NCBI GenBank assembly: GCA_951406725.2
Contig: OX597824.1
Coordinates: forward strand, 83,018,001 to 83,082,000
Origin: Octopus vulgaris
Taxonomy: Eukaryota
Length of the DNA stretch: 64,000 nucleotides
Direction of reading: 5' to 3'
Below are positions 39,470 through 54,554 of the stretch, in pieces (position 1 is the stretch's first letter; each line of letters starts with the position of its first letter). The notes beneath the pieces are model-generated. The model did no database searches and was not told where the DNA came from. It was given only the letters and a program-made list of their open reading frames with translations. The translations under genes and the position numbers were made by a program.

Positions 39470-39698
39470 TTAACCCTTTCGTTACTGTATTTCTTTTGAG
39501 GTGCTCTGTGTTTCTTTTAATTACTTTAGATATAACAAAGAATTTAGTAAAATAACTTAGTTATCATTGAGCTAGTGTTAGGAACATAAATTGTGACTAA
39601 GGTTTGGTGGAAGATTTTAATTCAAAACTTATGAAAACAAGACATTTGTACTGAGAGCCAGAGCCGGTTTCAGCTGGGTTGGTAATGAAAGGGTTAAA
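39470..39698 (-). mobile_element. piggyBac-type MITE P1
   Basis: TTAA CCCTTTCGTTAC...GTAATGAAAGGG TTAA. Confidence 0.85.
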
Positions 39699-39921
39699 TG
39701 GTAAAATGATTGGAGAAGTAGAATGGATAAGAAAGGAGGATGAAAAGGAAATAAGTGGTGAAATGACAGGGAAAATGAGTAGTGAGGTGGTTGTGAAAGG
39801 AGGAGTGGAACTATGAAAGGAAAAAAAATTGTCGTGTGTACAGGGACAGGGGGACAACCATGTGGGATTGCAGTGGATCAGGAAAGGTATGAGAAAATGT
39901 TACAGGTATGTTCTTCACTCA

Positions 39922-40445
<524 letters not shown>

Positions 40446-41644
40446 CTTTTAGAATGACATTGCAGGGTAGTCGCAAGAGGCCTGATCTGGCCAGTTTGAA
40501 CACCAAACAGCCAGAATATATGGGCCTGATATGGCTAGTTTGAATGCCAATGGGTTCATGTCTGTTTTCCATGGTTTGACAGGAGCTGACAGAGCAGAGG
40601 GCTGCAATTGGCAGCAGTCATCAGTTTTGGCATGGTTTCTACGTCTGGATGCCCTTCCTAAGTCCAGCCACTTCACAGAGTGTATTGGGTGCTTCATACA
40701 TGTGCTGGCAGATGTACCATTTACATGGGGCTGGCACGGGTGATTTAAGTGTGACGCCAAGCTCAAATTCTATTATGGTCAACTTTCGGTTGGGAAAGGG
40801 GATCAGGGGTAAGGTTCAATAAAATAACATACCCATCAAGTACTGGGGAAGGGGTCAACATAATCAAGTGCCCCGTTCAACATAATCAACTAATCCATCC
40901 CCTAAATGATTTGAGGGAGATATGGCTATTTCTAGCAAGTTGAACGACATGTAGAGGCTCCCTCATTCTCTTGGTGGTGATAATGATGGTGGTGGCAGTA
41001 GAGGTGATGATGATGGCAATGGTGATAATGACAGTGGGGGGTGATGATGACAGTGATAATTATAGCAATTACTGTGGGGGACAATGATTATGGTGGTGGC
41101 GGTGGCGGTGATGGTGGTGGTGGTGGATGGTGGTGGTGGTGGTGATGGATGGTGGTGGTGGTGGATGGTGGATGGTGGTGGTGGATGGTGGTGGTGGATG
41201 GTGGTGGTGGATGGTGGTGGATGGTGGTGGTGTTTGGTGGTGGTGGTGGTGGTGGATGGTGGTGGTGGATGGTGGTGGTGGTGGTGACAAAGATGATGCA
41301 CATTTCACTGGGTGTTTGTTGTTGCTATTATAATGGGAATTGCTGCTGACTTTAGAAAGTTTAAAAGGAAATTGTTTGACAAAAAAAAAATAAAATAAAT
41401 AAATAAAAATCAGTAAAAAATCATTTAGGAAGTTTTACAGGAAATTTTGTTAAGGGTTGAATACATATAATTTAGTATAGAGACACACTGACACACACAT
41501 AAATAGACATGTCTACACACGCACATACACAGACATATCTACATGCTCTATACACACTAATACAAAATCATATGCAAACACACACACACATACATACATG
41601 TGTATGTGTGTTATATATATTTATATATATATATATATATATAC

Positions 41645-42036
41645 TTTTATTTTTTTACTTGTTTCAGTTATTTGACTGTGGCTATGCTGGAGCACCAGTT
41701 TGAGGAGTTTTAGTCGAACAAATCGACCCCAGGGCTTATTTGTAAGTCTAGTGCTTATTCCGTCAGTGTCTTTTGCTGATCTGCTAAGTTATGGGGATGT
41801 AAACACACCAACACAAGTTGTCAAGCAGTGACGAGGGAGGGACAAACACAGACATAAAGACACACACACACACATATATACAACAGGCTTCTTTCAGTTT
41901 CCATCTACCAAATCCTCTCACAAGGCTCTTGTTGGCCCAAAGGTATAGTAGAAGACACTTGCCCAAGGTGCCACACAGTGGAACTGAACCTGGAACCATG
42001 TGGTTGGGAAGCAAGCTTCCTACCACACACCCATGC

Positions 42037-42103
<67 letters not shown>

Positions 42104-42286
42104 GACAAGGCAAGCTGCCAGAAGCATTACTGCACTTCATCTAGCTTCCATCTACCAAATCCTCTCACAAGGCTCTTGTTGGCCCAAAGGTATAGTAGAA
42201 GACACTTGCCCAAGGTGCCACGCAGTGGAACTGAACCTGGAACCATGTGGTTAGGAAGCAAGCTTCCTACCACACACCCATGCCAG

Positions 42287-42290
<4 letters not shown>
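41645..42290 (-). mobile_element. Family-B SINE with a tandem duplication of its 5' half
   Basis: ttccatctaccaaatcctctcacaagg...accacacacccatgcc at about 41899-42037 and 42146-42284. Confidence 0.85.
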
Positions 42291-42344
<54 letters not shown>

Positions 42345-42573
42345 CACTATCCGACTCGTGGCCGATGCCAGCACCGCCTCGACTGGCTTCCGTGCCGGTG
42401 GCACATAAAATACACCAATCTGACCGTGGCCGTTGCCAGCCCCGCCTGGCACCTGTGCAGGTGGCACGTAAAAAAGCACCCACTACACTGGGGTTGATGT
42501 AATTGACTTACACGTTCTGAAATTGCTGGGTGGCCTTGGGACAATATTTGAAATCAATATATATCTTCACAGG

Positions 42574-42625
<52 letters not shown>

Positions 42626-42760
42626 CACACACACACACTCATATATGCATTTGTGCACACACACAGACAAAAGAAATTCATATGGTAAATAAACTATATA
42701 TCCATACAAAGTAATACAGACACCTGTACCAAGACACATGTACACACACCTGTAAGAAGG

Positions 42761-42792
<32 letters not shown>

Positions 42793-44103
42793 GATATATA
42801 TATATGTACAATGCTACCACGTGTTTACAAGCACACATGTAAGTAACTGCACACAGACACACACACACACACACACACACAGATACACATATCCGGTGGG
42901 TGGTGAGCTTGGGGGGAGGGTCGGCGGTGACAATGGGGAAGGAGGGGGATTGAAGGAGAAAGAAAGGGTAAAACCAGTTGAAGAATTAAAAGAGAGTGTG
43001 TGTGTGGTGGCAGGGTGGTGGTGGTAGGGTGGTGGTACAGTGCGGTAGGTAGAGTGTGGGTTACCGAGTAAAAGCAATGCAAAGCTTTGCCGCCACCGCC
43101 GCCACCTCCACCACCACCACCACCACCACCACCACTAACATCGCCACCACCACCACTACTACCATCGCCACCACCATCTCCACCACCACCACAACTACTA
43201 CCATCGCCACCACCGTCTCCACCACCACCACCACCACCACCACCGCCACCACCACCACCACCACCACCACCACCACCACCACCACCGCCGCTGCTTAAGG
43301 TTTAGTTGAGTCATAGAGACACAGACATAGCTGAACAGATTTTTACACTGGGAAGAGAGATCAAGACAGAGCTTGTGTGTGTGTGTGTGTGTGTGTGTGT
43401 TGCGAGGATGGATGAAAGCCCACGGTGGTGATGGTGGCGATGGTGGTGGTGGTGGTGCAGGGTGTAGCGTTGTTGAGTGACTCATCACAACAACCCTAAA
43501 CAATACAAACCCCGTGTGCCAAAGTCAATTAGGGGTGGCTAACTGTGTAACTAACTGATGTGACAAACTCAGGCGTTTATTGAAGTTCCCTTTTACAAAG
43601 CAACCCGCCACCACCACCCACCGCTCACCACCACCACTACCATCACCATACCATCACCATCACCTCTGCTGCATGATTCATGATTTTTGGTGGGGTGGGG
43701 TGGGGGTGGAGTGGGGTGGGAGATTTAGGAAGATGGGGTTTTATTAAATATATACATGCAGGGGGGGGGGGGGGAGAGATGTATGATTGGGTGTGTGGGG
43801 AAGTGTACCTATGTGCATGTATATATATATGTGTGTGTATGTGTGTGTGTGTATGTGTGTGTGTGGGGAAGTGTATATATGAGCATGTATATGTGTGTGT
43901 GTATGTGTGTGTGGGGAAGTGTACATATGTGCATCTTTATATATATGTGTGTGTATGTGTATGTGTGTGTGTGTGTGTTTAGATATGCTTGTATGTATGT
44001 ATAAATTCAAAAACCTGTAAATTGTGGGAATTACCAGCTAATTAGCTTTCATGGTGAGTTAAATATCTTCCACCAGGATTATATAGACTTGCTCGGAAAA
44101 CAA

Positions 44104-44145
<42 letters not shown>

Positions 44146-44701
44146 GGAAACAGAGAAAGAGAGAAAGAAGCAAAGGGAGGGAGAGAGAGAGAGAGAGAGG
44201 AGGGGGCGAGAACAAAAGAGAGGAAGAAAGTGAGGAAGAAGACAATGCACAGGTATTATTCATACGGGGCCAGTCAGAATTGTAAGAGACTGACCAACAG
44301 GTGTCAAAGTTCATATTCAACAAATGGCAACAATGGCGGTTTGGTTGTGTCGGAAGAATGGAGGAAGAGCGTGGTTGGGGTGGCTAGGGTGGAGCGACTC
44401 CTTCTGTCCTTTTATTTTGCCTTTTACAATAGTAGTAATAACAACAACAACAACAACAACAATAACAACACTAAGCAACTCCCTGCCACCTACACTGCAC
44501 CAGCAACACCGGCAGCAGCAGAAGTGCAAGCTGTGCAGAGTTATTTAAGAATCTCATTGAATGGGTCTAACCACACCCTGTTCTACTGCTCACTGCTCCC
44601 TGCCCCCCCCCCCCTTGCCTCCCCACCCTTACAGGATTACCAAACAAGAAGAGATGAATCAATAGTCAAAAAAAAAAAGAACCAACGAAACAAACTTACC
44701 T

Positions 44702-44704
44702 ATG

Positions 44705-44759
<55 letters not shown>

Positions 44760-44858
44760 GTAATAATGATAATAATAATAATAATAATAGTAATAAAAAT
44801 AGTAATAATAATAATGATAATAATAATAAAAATAATAATAATAAAAATAGTAATAATG

Positions 44859-44889
<31 letters not shown>

Positions 44890-44933
44890 TAGTAATAATA
44901 ATAATGATAATAATAATAAAAATAATAATAATG

Positions 44934-44985
<52 letters not shown>

Positions 44986-45077
44986 TAGTAATAATGATAA
45001 TAATAATAATAATAGTAATAAAAATAGTAATAATAATAATGATAATAATAATAAAAATAATAATAATAGTAATAAAA

Positions 45078-45117
<40 letters not shown>

Positions 45118-45284
45118 TAGTAATAATGATAATAATAATAATAATAATAGTAATAAAAATAGTAATAATAATAATGATGATAATAATAAAAATAATAATA
45201 ATAAAAATAGTAATAATGATAATAATAATAATAATAATAATAGTAATAAAAATAGTAATAATAATAATGATAATAATAATAATA

Positions 45285-45345
<61 letters not shown>

Positions 45346-45361
45346 TGATGATGATGATGAT
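44702..45361. repeat. (AAT)n array with higher-order AAA-AAT-AGT/GAT punctuation
   Basis: Direct reading. Confidence 0.95.
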
Positions 45362-45541
45362 ATCGGTGGTGGTGGCATTGATGATGATGATACCTTTTAT
45401 TAAATAATGGTAATTAAATAATATTTAGTAGGACATTAAGAAAGTGGAGAGTCACTAACTGAAACACGTCACCACAAGGAGAGCGACAAATTTAATACAA
45501 ATAATACCAACAGAATCAATATCGTTTTCGTAGATAAAGCA

Positions 45542-45575
<34 letters not shown>

Positions 45576-45679
45576 TACATAAACATACAGACACATACAA
45601 GCCAAAAAAAGAATGAGTGTCTATATGGTTTATACGAGCAGCTGGAAATAGAAACCAAATCTTCTAATCTTAACAACAA

Positions 45680-45698
45680 CAAAAAAGAAAGAAAGAAA

Positions 45699-45750
<52 letters not shown>

Positions 45751-45809
45751 AGAGATAAAGAAAGAAAGAGAGAAGGAAAGAGAGAAAGAAGGAAAGAAAG
45801 AAAGAAAGA

Positions 45810-45889
<80 letters not shown>

Positions 45890-46150
45890 GAGGGAGAAAG
45901 AAAGGAAAGAAAGACAGAAAGAGAGGGAGAAAGAAGGAAAGAAAGAAAGAAAGAAAGAGGGAAAGAAAGAAAGAGAGGGAGAAAGAAAGAAAGAGAGAGA
46001 AAGAAGGAAAGAAAGAAAGAAAGAAAAAGAGAGAGAGAGAGAAAGAAAGAGAGAGAGAAAGAGGGAAAGAAAGAGAGAAAGAAGGAAAGAAATAAATAAA
46101 GAAAAAACGAAGGAAAGAAAGAAAGAAAAAGAGAAAGAAAGAAAGAGAAG
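45680..46150. repeat. Polypurine (GAAA/GA)n tract
   Basis: Direct reading. Confidence 0.95.
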
Positions 46151-46514
46151 ACATATCAGGTAACACAGAGCTATAGATTAGCAAATATGAACGAGACAAG
46201 ATAATCTTGACTGGAACATCTTTGACACTTCAGCAATTAAGCCAGCCACATCCGGCCCATAAATTCTATGTTTTATGTTCAAAAGGGCCAGGTCTGGCCT
46301 CTCTCACCTATCCTACAATGTCATTTGAAAACTCGACAATCACAACGTTGAAATCTCAAAGCTTTTGGATAATGCAATGATTAATTCAAAACAATATGAA
46401 TAAAAAATAAGCATTACATTTGACAAGAATAATCCGAATGCTTAAGGGTCGAGCATTGAGTAACTGGATTAGGGCTGACCTGGGGCTAAAAGACAATCAC
46501 ACACTCAAGTGCTC

Positions 46515-46741
46515 CTTACTCTTTACTGGTTTCAGTCATTTGACTGCGGCCATGCTGGAGCACCGCCTTTTAGCCAAACAAATCGACCCCGGTACTTATC
46601 CTTTGGAAGCCTAGTACTTATTCCATCGGTCTCTTTTGCCGAACTGCAAAGTTACGGGACATAAACACACCAGCATCGGTTGTGAAGCGATGTTGGGGGA
46701 GGGAGGTCAAACACAGACACACAAACATATACACATACACA

Positions 46742-46782
<41 letters not shown>

Positions 46783-46939
46783 GATAGGCTTCTTTCAGTT
46801 TCCGTCTACCAAATCCACTCACAAGGCTTTGGTTGACCCGAGGCTATAGTAGAGGACACTTGTCCAAGGTGCCATGCAGAGGGACTAAACCCGGAACTAT
46901 GTGGTTCATAAGCAAGCTACTTACCACACAGCCACTCCG
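46515..46939 (-). mobile_element. Family-B SINE
   Basis: Full head-to-tail similarity to 26023-26462. Confidence 0.85.
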
Positions 46940-47322
46940 ACAATATTTTCTATACAACCTAATAAAGAATTTGTAAATCATTGCTCAACTTGCTAGAGAT
47001 AGCAGTTAAGATCCTTCCTGAGTCATATGATCTCAAAAGGACTGCCTTCCCAGTTATCCTTTGTGTAATATATCCCAGTTAAGTTTTGTAATTGGCTTCT
47101 TTCATAAGCATAGGTGTAGGAACAAGGATCAAACAGCCATTAACTGAAAATTTCTATCTCGCTCTAGCAGAAGCACAACCAACAGCAGAACGTATGAGAA
47201 AGGGGTAACAACATGAACCATGTTCTTGTAGCAGTGGAATCAATTCTGTGTCCCCATTTATTTTAATTGCAATATACAGAAAAAAAAAAAAAACCGGACA
47301 AGTTTGCATAAAACTTATATAT

Positions 47323-47503
47323 GCAGGCGTAGGAGTGGCTGTGTGGTAAGTAGCTTGCTTACCAACACATGGTTCCGAGTTCAGTCCCACTGCGTGGCAC
47401 CTTGGGCAAGTGTCTTCTACTATAGCCTCAGGCTGACCAAAGCCTTGTGAGTGGATTTGGTAGATGGAAACTCAAAGAAGCATGTCGTATATATATATAT
47501 ATG

Positions 47504-47547
<44 letters not shown>

Positions 47548-47555
47548 TGTATAAC

Positions 47556-47591
<36 letters not shown>

Positions 47592-47797
47592 ATGTTTGTG
47601 TGTCTGTGTTTGTCCCCTCAACATCGCTTCACAACCGATGCTGGTGTGTTTATGTTCCCATAACTTAGTGGTTCGGCAAAAGAGACCGATAGAATAAGTA
47701 CTAGGCTTACAAAGAATAAGTCCTGGGGTCGATTTGCACAACTAAAGGCGGTGCTTCAGCATGGCCACAGTCAAATGACTGAAACAAATAAAAAGAG
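47323..47797 (+). mobile_element. Family-B SINE
   Basis: GCAGGCGTAGGAGTGGCTGTGTGGTAAG head, CORE-like block, internal microsatellite and GAAACAAATAAAAAGAG end. Confidence 0.88.
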
Positions 47798-48694
47798 TAT
47801 GCCATGTGACTGGTGGTTTTTAATTATTTAAATAAATGTACAGCATTTGTTATATATTCGTCAGGAGTTCAATACACGACCATCTCCACTTCCTGGATGG
47901 GACGCTAGTTCACCAGGATTACTAATTCTTGCCAGCTGAATGGACTGGAGCAATGTGAAATGAAGTGTCTTGCTCAAAAACTCAATGCACTGTCTGCTTC
48001 AGGAATCGAAACCACAATCTAACAATCATGAGTGCAACACCCCCAGCCACTAAGCCAAGCACCTCCCACAATAGTAGCTAAATCTCCCTTGAATCACATC
48101 CTTCCTGTGTTAGAAAAAAGGGAATGACACATTGAACAATGTCAATCTTAGATACACTATACCTAAAAAAAAATGTGATGGTCATCTCTGGAACACCTTA
48201 GATCAGTGTTCTGTTCAATCAATACTGACCTGGGGTTAAACAACAACACCACCACCATCATCGACATCACCATGAAAACTTTAGTGAGAAGAGTGGGGGA
48301 GGGAGGTTATCTGTTAATTCATTTAATTAATTAAACATGTTTAATTTTCTTTTTATTGGCTTAATTAAACAGGTGCTTTCTATTTAGTGGTTTAATTCAA
48401 TTGGTATTCGGAACACTACAATTTTCACCTTGCAACTACTCTAATTACAGGTAAAGACAGGTAAAAATTCACTGGAAAGCAAATAAATAAATAAAACTTT
48501 CTGTATTTTTTTTTTCTTGTACTTAATTCAGTCATTGGACTGTGGCCATGCTGGGGCACCAACTTGATGGGTTTAGTTGAACAAATCCAACCTAGTTTTT
48601 AAACCTGATGCTTATTCTATTTTACTAAAACGCTAAGTTATGGGGGGCATAAACACACCAACACCGGTTGTCAAGTGGTGGTAGGGGGACAAAC

Positions 48695-48915
48695 TGGTAG
48701 AATCGTTAGCACGCCGGGTGAAATGCTTAGCGGTATTTCATCTGCTGCTACATTCTGAGTTCAAATTCCGCCGAGGTAAAATATGCCTTTCATCCTTTCG
48801 GGCTCAATTAAATAAGTACCAGTTATGCACTGGGATCAATGTAATCAACCTAATCCGTTTGTCTGTCCTTATTTGTCCCCTCTGTGTTTAGCCCCTTGTG
48901 GGTAGTAAAGAAATA
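48695..48915 (+). mobile_element. Family-A SINE nested in a family-B SINE
   Basis: 15-bp TSD ggtagggggacaaac at 48680-48694 and 48916-48930. Confidence 0.9.
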
Positions 48916-49271
48916 GGTAGGGGGACAAACAATGCCACAAAGACATACACAATAGATGGTAAAAGGTATAGTTGACCGTCTCAAGTCACATCGAGTCATT
49001 TCTCAGTTTCCATGGTGTATATATTCCTCACCTGGATGAGACGCCGGTCCATCACAGGGTTACTCACTTTTGCCAGTGAACTGGACAGGAGCAAGAACAC
49101 AACATGTCGCTTCGTTCAAGAATAGAAACCACAATCTTATAATGATGAATCCAACATCCCTAACCACTAAGCTACACGCCTCCTGTATCTGTTGTTATGG
49201 TAGATATATTCCAGTTTCCGTCTAACAAAGCCACCCACAAAGCTTTGGTTAGCTCGGGATTTTAGTACAAG

Positions 49272-49576
49272 GTTAGTTAGTTAGTTTGGCTCAAAAAGCA
49301 AAAAGCAAGGCCATGTAGGGGGACATGGAGTTATGTACAGGGTGGTGTTCATGTAAAGAGTTCAGGCCATTTGTGGTCAAGGGAGACTTTGAACTGAGCG
49401 GTCGTCAGCATCTTCACTATCTCGTCCGGCAGCTTATTCCATGGATCCGCAACCCGGACGGAGAAAGCCCCTTTCTTTCGATTGAAATGAAATCGTCGCA
49501 GATAGAGCTTTTCGGAGTGACCCCGCAGCCGACGCTCTGGAGCAGGAGTGAAGAACAGCTCTTTCGAGAGGTTACA
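49272..49576 (-). mobile_element. 5'-truncated CR1-like LINE with a (CTAA)n tail
   Basis: Reverse complement of 19382-19687. Confidence 0.9.
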
Positions 49577-49796
49577 CTTTCCGCTTGGGATTGAACTAAG
49601 GCCGCATTATTAAGAAGCAACCTTCTTAACCACACAGCCATGCTGATGCCTGTCATACCAGTATATTAACATCCCTTCTTTTACTCTTGTGAGATATGGG
49701 TCCTTCATAAATGTCCTTGAGTACTTTCATCAGGTGTTTAACCCATTGCTTGCCATGAGCCCTAAAAACAGTCTCACTGCTGGTTGTTCGTTGTAT

Positions 49797-50024
49797 TTAA
49801 CCCTTTAGTGTTTGCATTATTCTGCCAAAATGAATGCATTTTTATCCACATTGTTTTGAACTAATCAGGCATTATCTTGTAGCTATGAGATTTTGATGAG
49901 GTAGCTGTTAATTTTTAAAACGATTTTGTAGGGTTGGTGTGAGAGACCAGATCTGGCCATTTTGAACATAAAACAGGCAGAATACTTTTGGCCGGATATG
50001 GCCGGTTTAAATGCTAAAGGGTTA
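49797..50024 (-). mobile_element. piggyBac-type MITE P2, intact
   Basis: TTAA CCCTTTAG...CTAAAGGG TTAA. Confidence 0.85.
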
Positions 50025-50217
50025 AAGTAAATTGCTTATGTACATTGGGTTTGCAGAGGTGTGGTTTAACAATATTTAGTAGTTAAAGTTTGTCATTATT
50101 AGCTCTGGCTAATTCTAGAGGACATTTTGTGTCATAAATCACAATTTTTGGACTACAAAAATATTGACTGATTTGAAAATGATTTTTTTTCTTTTTTGCA
50201 TTTCCTATCAATATCAT

Positions 50218-50906
50218 TACTCTTTTGTTTCAGTCATTTGACAGCGGCCATGCTGGAGCACCGCCTTTAGTCGAGCAAATTGACCCCAGGACTTATTCTT
50301 TGTAAGCCTAGTACTTATTCTATCGGTATCTTTTGCCGAACCGCTAAGTTACGGGGACATAAACACACCAGCATCGGTTGTCAAGCGATGTTTGGGGCAT
50401 AAATACAGACACACAAACACACACACATATATATATATACACATACATATACATATATACGATGGGCTTCTTTCTGTTTCCACCTACCAAATCCACTCAC
50501 AAGGCTTTGGTCAGCTTGCGGCTATAGTAGAAGACACTTGCCCAAGGTGCAACACAGTGGAACTGAACCCAGAACCCCCACACAGCCACTCCTGCACCTA
50601 TTAATTGATATTTCAAACACATTTGCATTTAATACTATAAGCCTAGTACTTATTCTATAAGTTACGGGGACGTAAACACACCAACATCGGTGTCAAGCGA
50701 TGGTGGGGGGACAAACACAGACACACAAACACACATATATACGACAGGCTTCTTTCAGTCTCCATCTACCAAATCCACTCACAAGGCTTTAGTTGGCCTG
50801 AGGCTATAGTAGAAGACACTAGCCCAAGATGCCATGCAGTGGGACTGAACCCAGAACTATGTGGTTGGTAAGCAAGCTAATTACCACACAGCCACACCTG
50901 TGCCTA
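50218..50906 (-). mobile_element. Two family-B SINEs
   Basis: Copies at about 50218-50600 and 50636-50906. Confidence 0.85.
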
Positions 50907-50987
50907 TAGATAATTCTTTCATAATTCCTATTTTGCTTTTCACTTCATTAACTTGTATAGGTTGAACCATGTAAAATATACAATTAT

Positions 50988-51272
50988 CATCATCATCATC
51001 GTTTAACGTCCGTTTTCTGTGCTAGCATGGGTTGGACGGTTTGACCAGGGTCTGGGAAGCCAGGGGTCTGCACCAGGCTCCAATCTGATCTGGCAGTGTT
51101 TCTACAGCTGGATGCCCTTCCTAATGCCAACTGCTCCATGGGTGTAGAGGGTGCTTTTTACGTGCCACCGGCACAGGTGCCAGGGAGGCTGGCAACTGCC
51201 AGGATCAGTTGGTGCTTTTTACGTGCCACCGGCACAGAAGCCAGTCAAGGCGGCGCTGGCATCGGCCACGTT
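50988..51272 (-). mobile_element. (GAT)n-tailed retroposon (family C) with internal tandem GTGGCACGTAAAAAGCACC units
   Basis: Ends GGACGTTAAACGATGATGATG. Other copies at 36106-36392, 39010-39215, 42340-42490, 55890-56227, 58060-58410 and 61280-61607. Confidence 0.8.
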
Positions 51273-52336
51273 TGAATGATATAGTTAGAAAGCTTACTAC
51301 AGTATAAAATGTTAGAGAAGGAAACTTAGCTGTTTCTTGCAATACACACCAATACATAAATCTAAAGCAAAATTTTTCAGAAGCCCTTACAATATTGTGG
51401 ACCCTCCGATTTGTGATTCTGTTACGTGGATCCCCCAAAATCTCATATGAACCCTTAGGAACCATATGGCCCTCAGTTGAAAACCACAGCACTGGATCAC
51501 GTGCCCTAACACAAACACACACACACACACATAAAAAGAGAGGTAGAAAAGCAGGCAGAGTTATATAAGGGAGCAAAAGAAAATTATATAGGGAGAGGGT
51601 TAAGAAGGCAGGGATTAGGGAATTAGGTGGGGAGAGAATTCATAAGAGAAAGTGGGAGAGTTAGAAAGGGAGAGAATTAACGAGGGTGTTGTGGAGAGTT
51701 ATAAGTAAGGAAAATTGCATTCATTAACAATGCCAAAGTTATTAATAGAACCATTTATATACTAATTAGTCTAATTAGAGAGGGTTTCTGGTTGAGTGGG
51801 TATTGTAATAGACAATGAGCTGAAGGGAGAATTGCTCACACAACCTTTCACAAACACAGCAGAGGGGTGTGGCTACAAATTTAGTCACAAAGCAAGCAAT
51901 TTTGAGCGGAGGTGGTGTTTGCTGGTTACATCAAATCCACCTACCCACCTGCCAGTACCTGACTAATACTTTATTTCATTGGCTGCCCCCAGAAAGATTG
52001 AAGGCAAATTTCACCACAGGAGGATTTGAACTCAGACTGTAAAGAACCACAAAAATAACTGCATGACATTTTTCTGATGCTCGAACCAAATTTGTTCAGC
52101 CATCACAGTTTATTTTCAAATTTAGGTACCAGTTAGTATTTTCAAGGGAAAGGTGAGTTAACATTCTGCCAAGATCACCGTTGCCCCCCATCCTTTAGGG
52201 CCAATAAATTAAGTACCAGCTGAACACTGGGGTCGATATAATCAACTAGTCCCACCTACCAAAATTACAGACTTTGTGTTTATAGTAGAAAGAGTCGTCG
52301 TCGTCGTCACCACCACCACATCATCATCATCATCAT

Positions 52337-52877
52337 TGAGTGAGAGAGCAATGCATGCTAACAAAGTGAACTGGGGTGCAAATATACGAAGCCCAATATA
52401 CCCATCATGACTACCCGTCTGGTAAGGGTACACTAGGCACATGCATCACAACCATATGGGCACTACATGGTGATCTTATGTCAAGATAAACAGCGCATGA
52501 TCTTGCAGGTGGGGCCCAGTTAGAATTTTCTTCTAGATGAATAGCCCATCCCACTCAAAAAGGTCCCTAAATAAGGGTTGTTTCAGGAAACGTTTCCAGA
52601 AGTGAATTATTCAAACTCCAGAGAATTCCTCTCAACACATGGCTATGATGCTCCCCCACTACTTCTGCTTGTGATCAGAGATGCACATATTGTCAGCCAC
52701 TAAGGGTCATATTGAACAGGTTAAGGTCAAGCAACTGTCAAGCAAATCTGTGGCACTGAGTAGAATATTTGCTGTAGCCCATCTTTTATACCAAGACAAA
52801 ACAATGTACATGATAACACTTCCAATCAGTTAAGATCAGAAGCCATGAGAGCCACTGCCTGGTACTGCATCAGGGCA

Positions 52878-52879
<2 letters not shown>
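52337..52879 (-). mobile_element. Roughly 550-bp (AAT)n-associated element, copy 1
   Basis: Co-terminal with 53386-53941. TG...CA ends, microsatellite on both flanks. Confidence 0.8.
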
Positions 52880-52910
<31 letters not shown>

Positions 52911-53385
52911 CATCATCATCATTATTATTCTACCAGGGTCACCTTTGCCTGTCATCCTTCTAGGGTTGATAAAATAAGTAAAAAATTTATCATTATTTCC
53001 AAAATATTTCATATATGAAGAAAATTTAAATACTATATATTATTTTAACTCTTAAGACACCTAGCAAAGCCCCCCAAAATATAAATAAAACAATTTGGCA
53101 GTTAATGGGTTGAGACATTGTTTGTTAACTGGTCTGCATGGTCTCCAGGCAATAACATTTTGAAGGGAGCTGGCTCATGGAATCGCATCATCTCCTCCCC
53201 CAAAATGATTGCTCTTGTGGCAAAATTTAAGACCATCATGATTCCACTGAGGTCAATTTTGCCTTTTGGGGGTCAATAAGTTAAGTACCAGTGAAACACT
53301 GGGGTCAATGTAATCAACTAGTCCCCTTCCTCAAAATTTCAGGCCCTGTGCTTTCAGTAGAAAGGATTATCATCATCATTATTAT

Positions 53386-53941
53386 TGAGTGAGAGAGCAG
53401 TGCATGCCATCAAAGTAACAATGGGGTAAAATATACAAAGCCCAGTATACCCATCATGACTACCCGTCTGATAAGGGTACACGAGGCACATGCATCACAA
53501 CCATATGTGCACGAAATGGTGATCTCATATCGAGATAAACAGCACACGACCTTGTAGGTGGGGCCCAGTTAGAGTTTTCTTCTGGTCGAGTAACCCATCT
53601 CGCTCAAAAGGTCCCTGAATAAAAGTTGTTTAAGGATGTTGAACGAAACACCCATGTTTCCAGAGATGAATTATTCAAACCCCAAACAATCCCTCTCAAC
53701 ACATGGCTATTATGCTCTCCCACTACTTCTGCTCGTCATCAGGGATGCACATATCGTCAGCCACTAAGGGACATGCTCAACTGGTTAAGGTCAAACAACT
53801 GACAAGCAAATCTCTGGTATCGAGAAGAATATTTGCTGTAGCCCATCTTTTATACCAAGACAAAACAATGTACATGATAACACTTCCAATCAGTTAAGAT
53901 CAGAAGCCACGAGAGCCACTGCCTGGTACTGCATCAGGGCA
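53386..53941 (-). mobile_element. Roughly 550-bp (AAT)n-associated element, copy 2
   Basis: Starts TGCCCTGATGCAGTACCAGG and ends CTCTCTCACTCA(ATA)n. Confidence 0.8.
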
Positions 53942-53953
53942 TCATCATCATCA

Positions 53954-53984
<31 letters not shown>

Positions 53985-53985
53985 C

Positions 53986-54554
53986 ATATCTTTGAGTCCC
54001 CTGTTTTGATCTCATATCACAGGGACCCAACCATGGTACCATGCATATACAAAGAAGGTGTCACTACTTTAAGGGCAAGCACCTAGCAATATAGACATTG
54101 TTCCTGGGTGGATTGTTTTCTGAAGTTCTTGTAGGATGGTGTTTCCTGACATTTTGCCAGTAAATTTTTCCGGTCCCTTCGTGAGGAACCCAAGTCCTCC
54201 AATCACAACTGGTATAGTTTGGATAGCCATGTCCCACATTCTAGAGGCCCCAGTCTGAAGGTCTAAATATTCAGATAGATTGTCTGTGAACTTAATGAAA
54301 GCGCTTACATTCTATTAGCGTTTGTCATATCAAGCAACATACAGGTTTTTATCTTTGTTTCTTTTTAATTACGATGTCTGGACTGTTTACTTTGATTTTC
54401 CTAGCTGTCTGCACTGGCAAGTCCCAGGGGATGATAACATTATCATTCTTGGCAACTGTTCCTGGTCTGTGGTCAAACCATTTTCCAGTGACTTTGATGT
54501 TGTATACCCTGCTGTTTGTTCAGTGTAGGTGCACTGCAGGCTTGAAGGTATATT

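Noticed and set aside
44036-44091. Possible poison exon after a long polypyrimidine tract on the minus strand
   Set aside because: The acceptor is a weak GAG and the tract is a (CT)n microsatellite. Unsupported without RNA data.
45396-45641. Possible intronic terminal exon (tttccAG|CTG CTC GTA TAA ... AATAAA)
   Set aside because: Both signals are common by chance in AT-rich DNA next to a pyrimidine microsatellite.
53736-53742. CTGATGA on the minus strand of the 550-bp element
   Set aside because: Not conserved in the sister copy (CTGATCA) and no matching GAAA or helix architecture.
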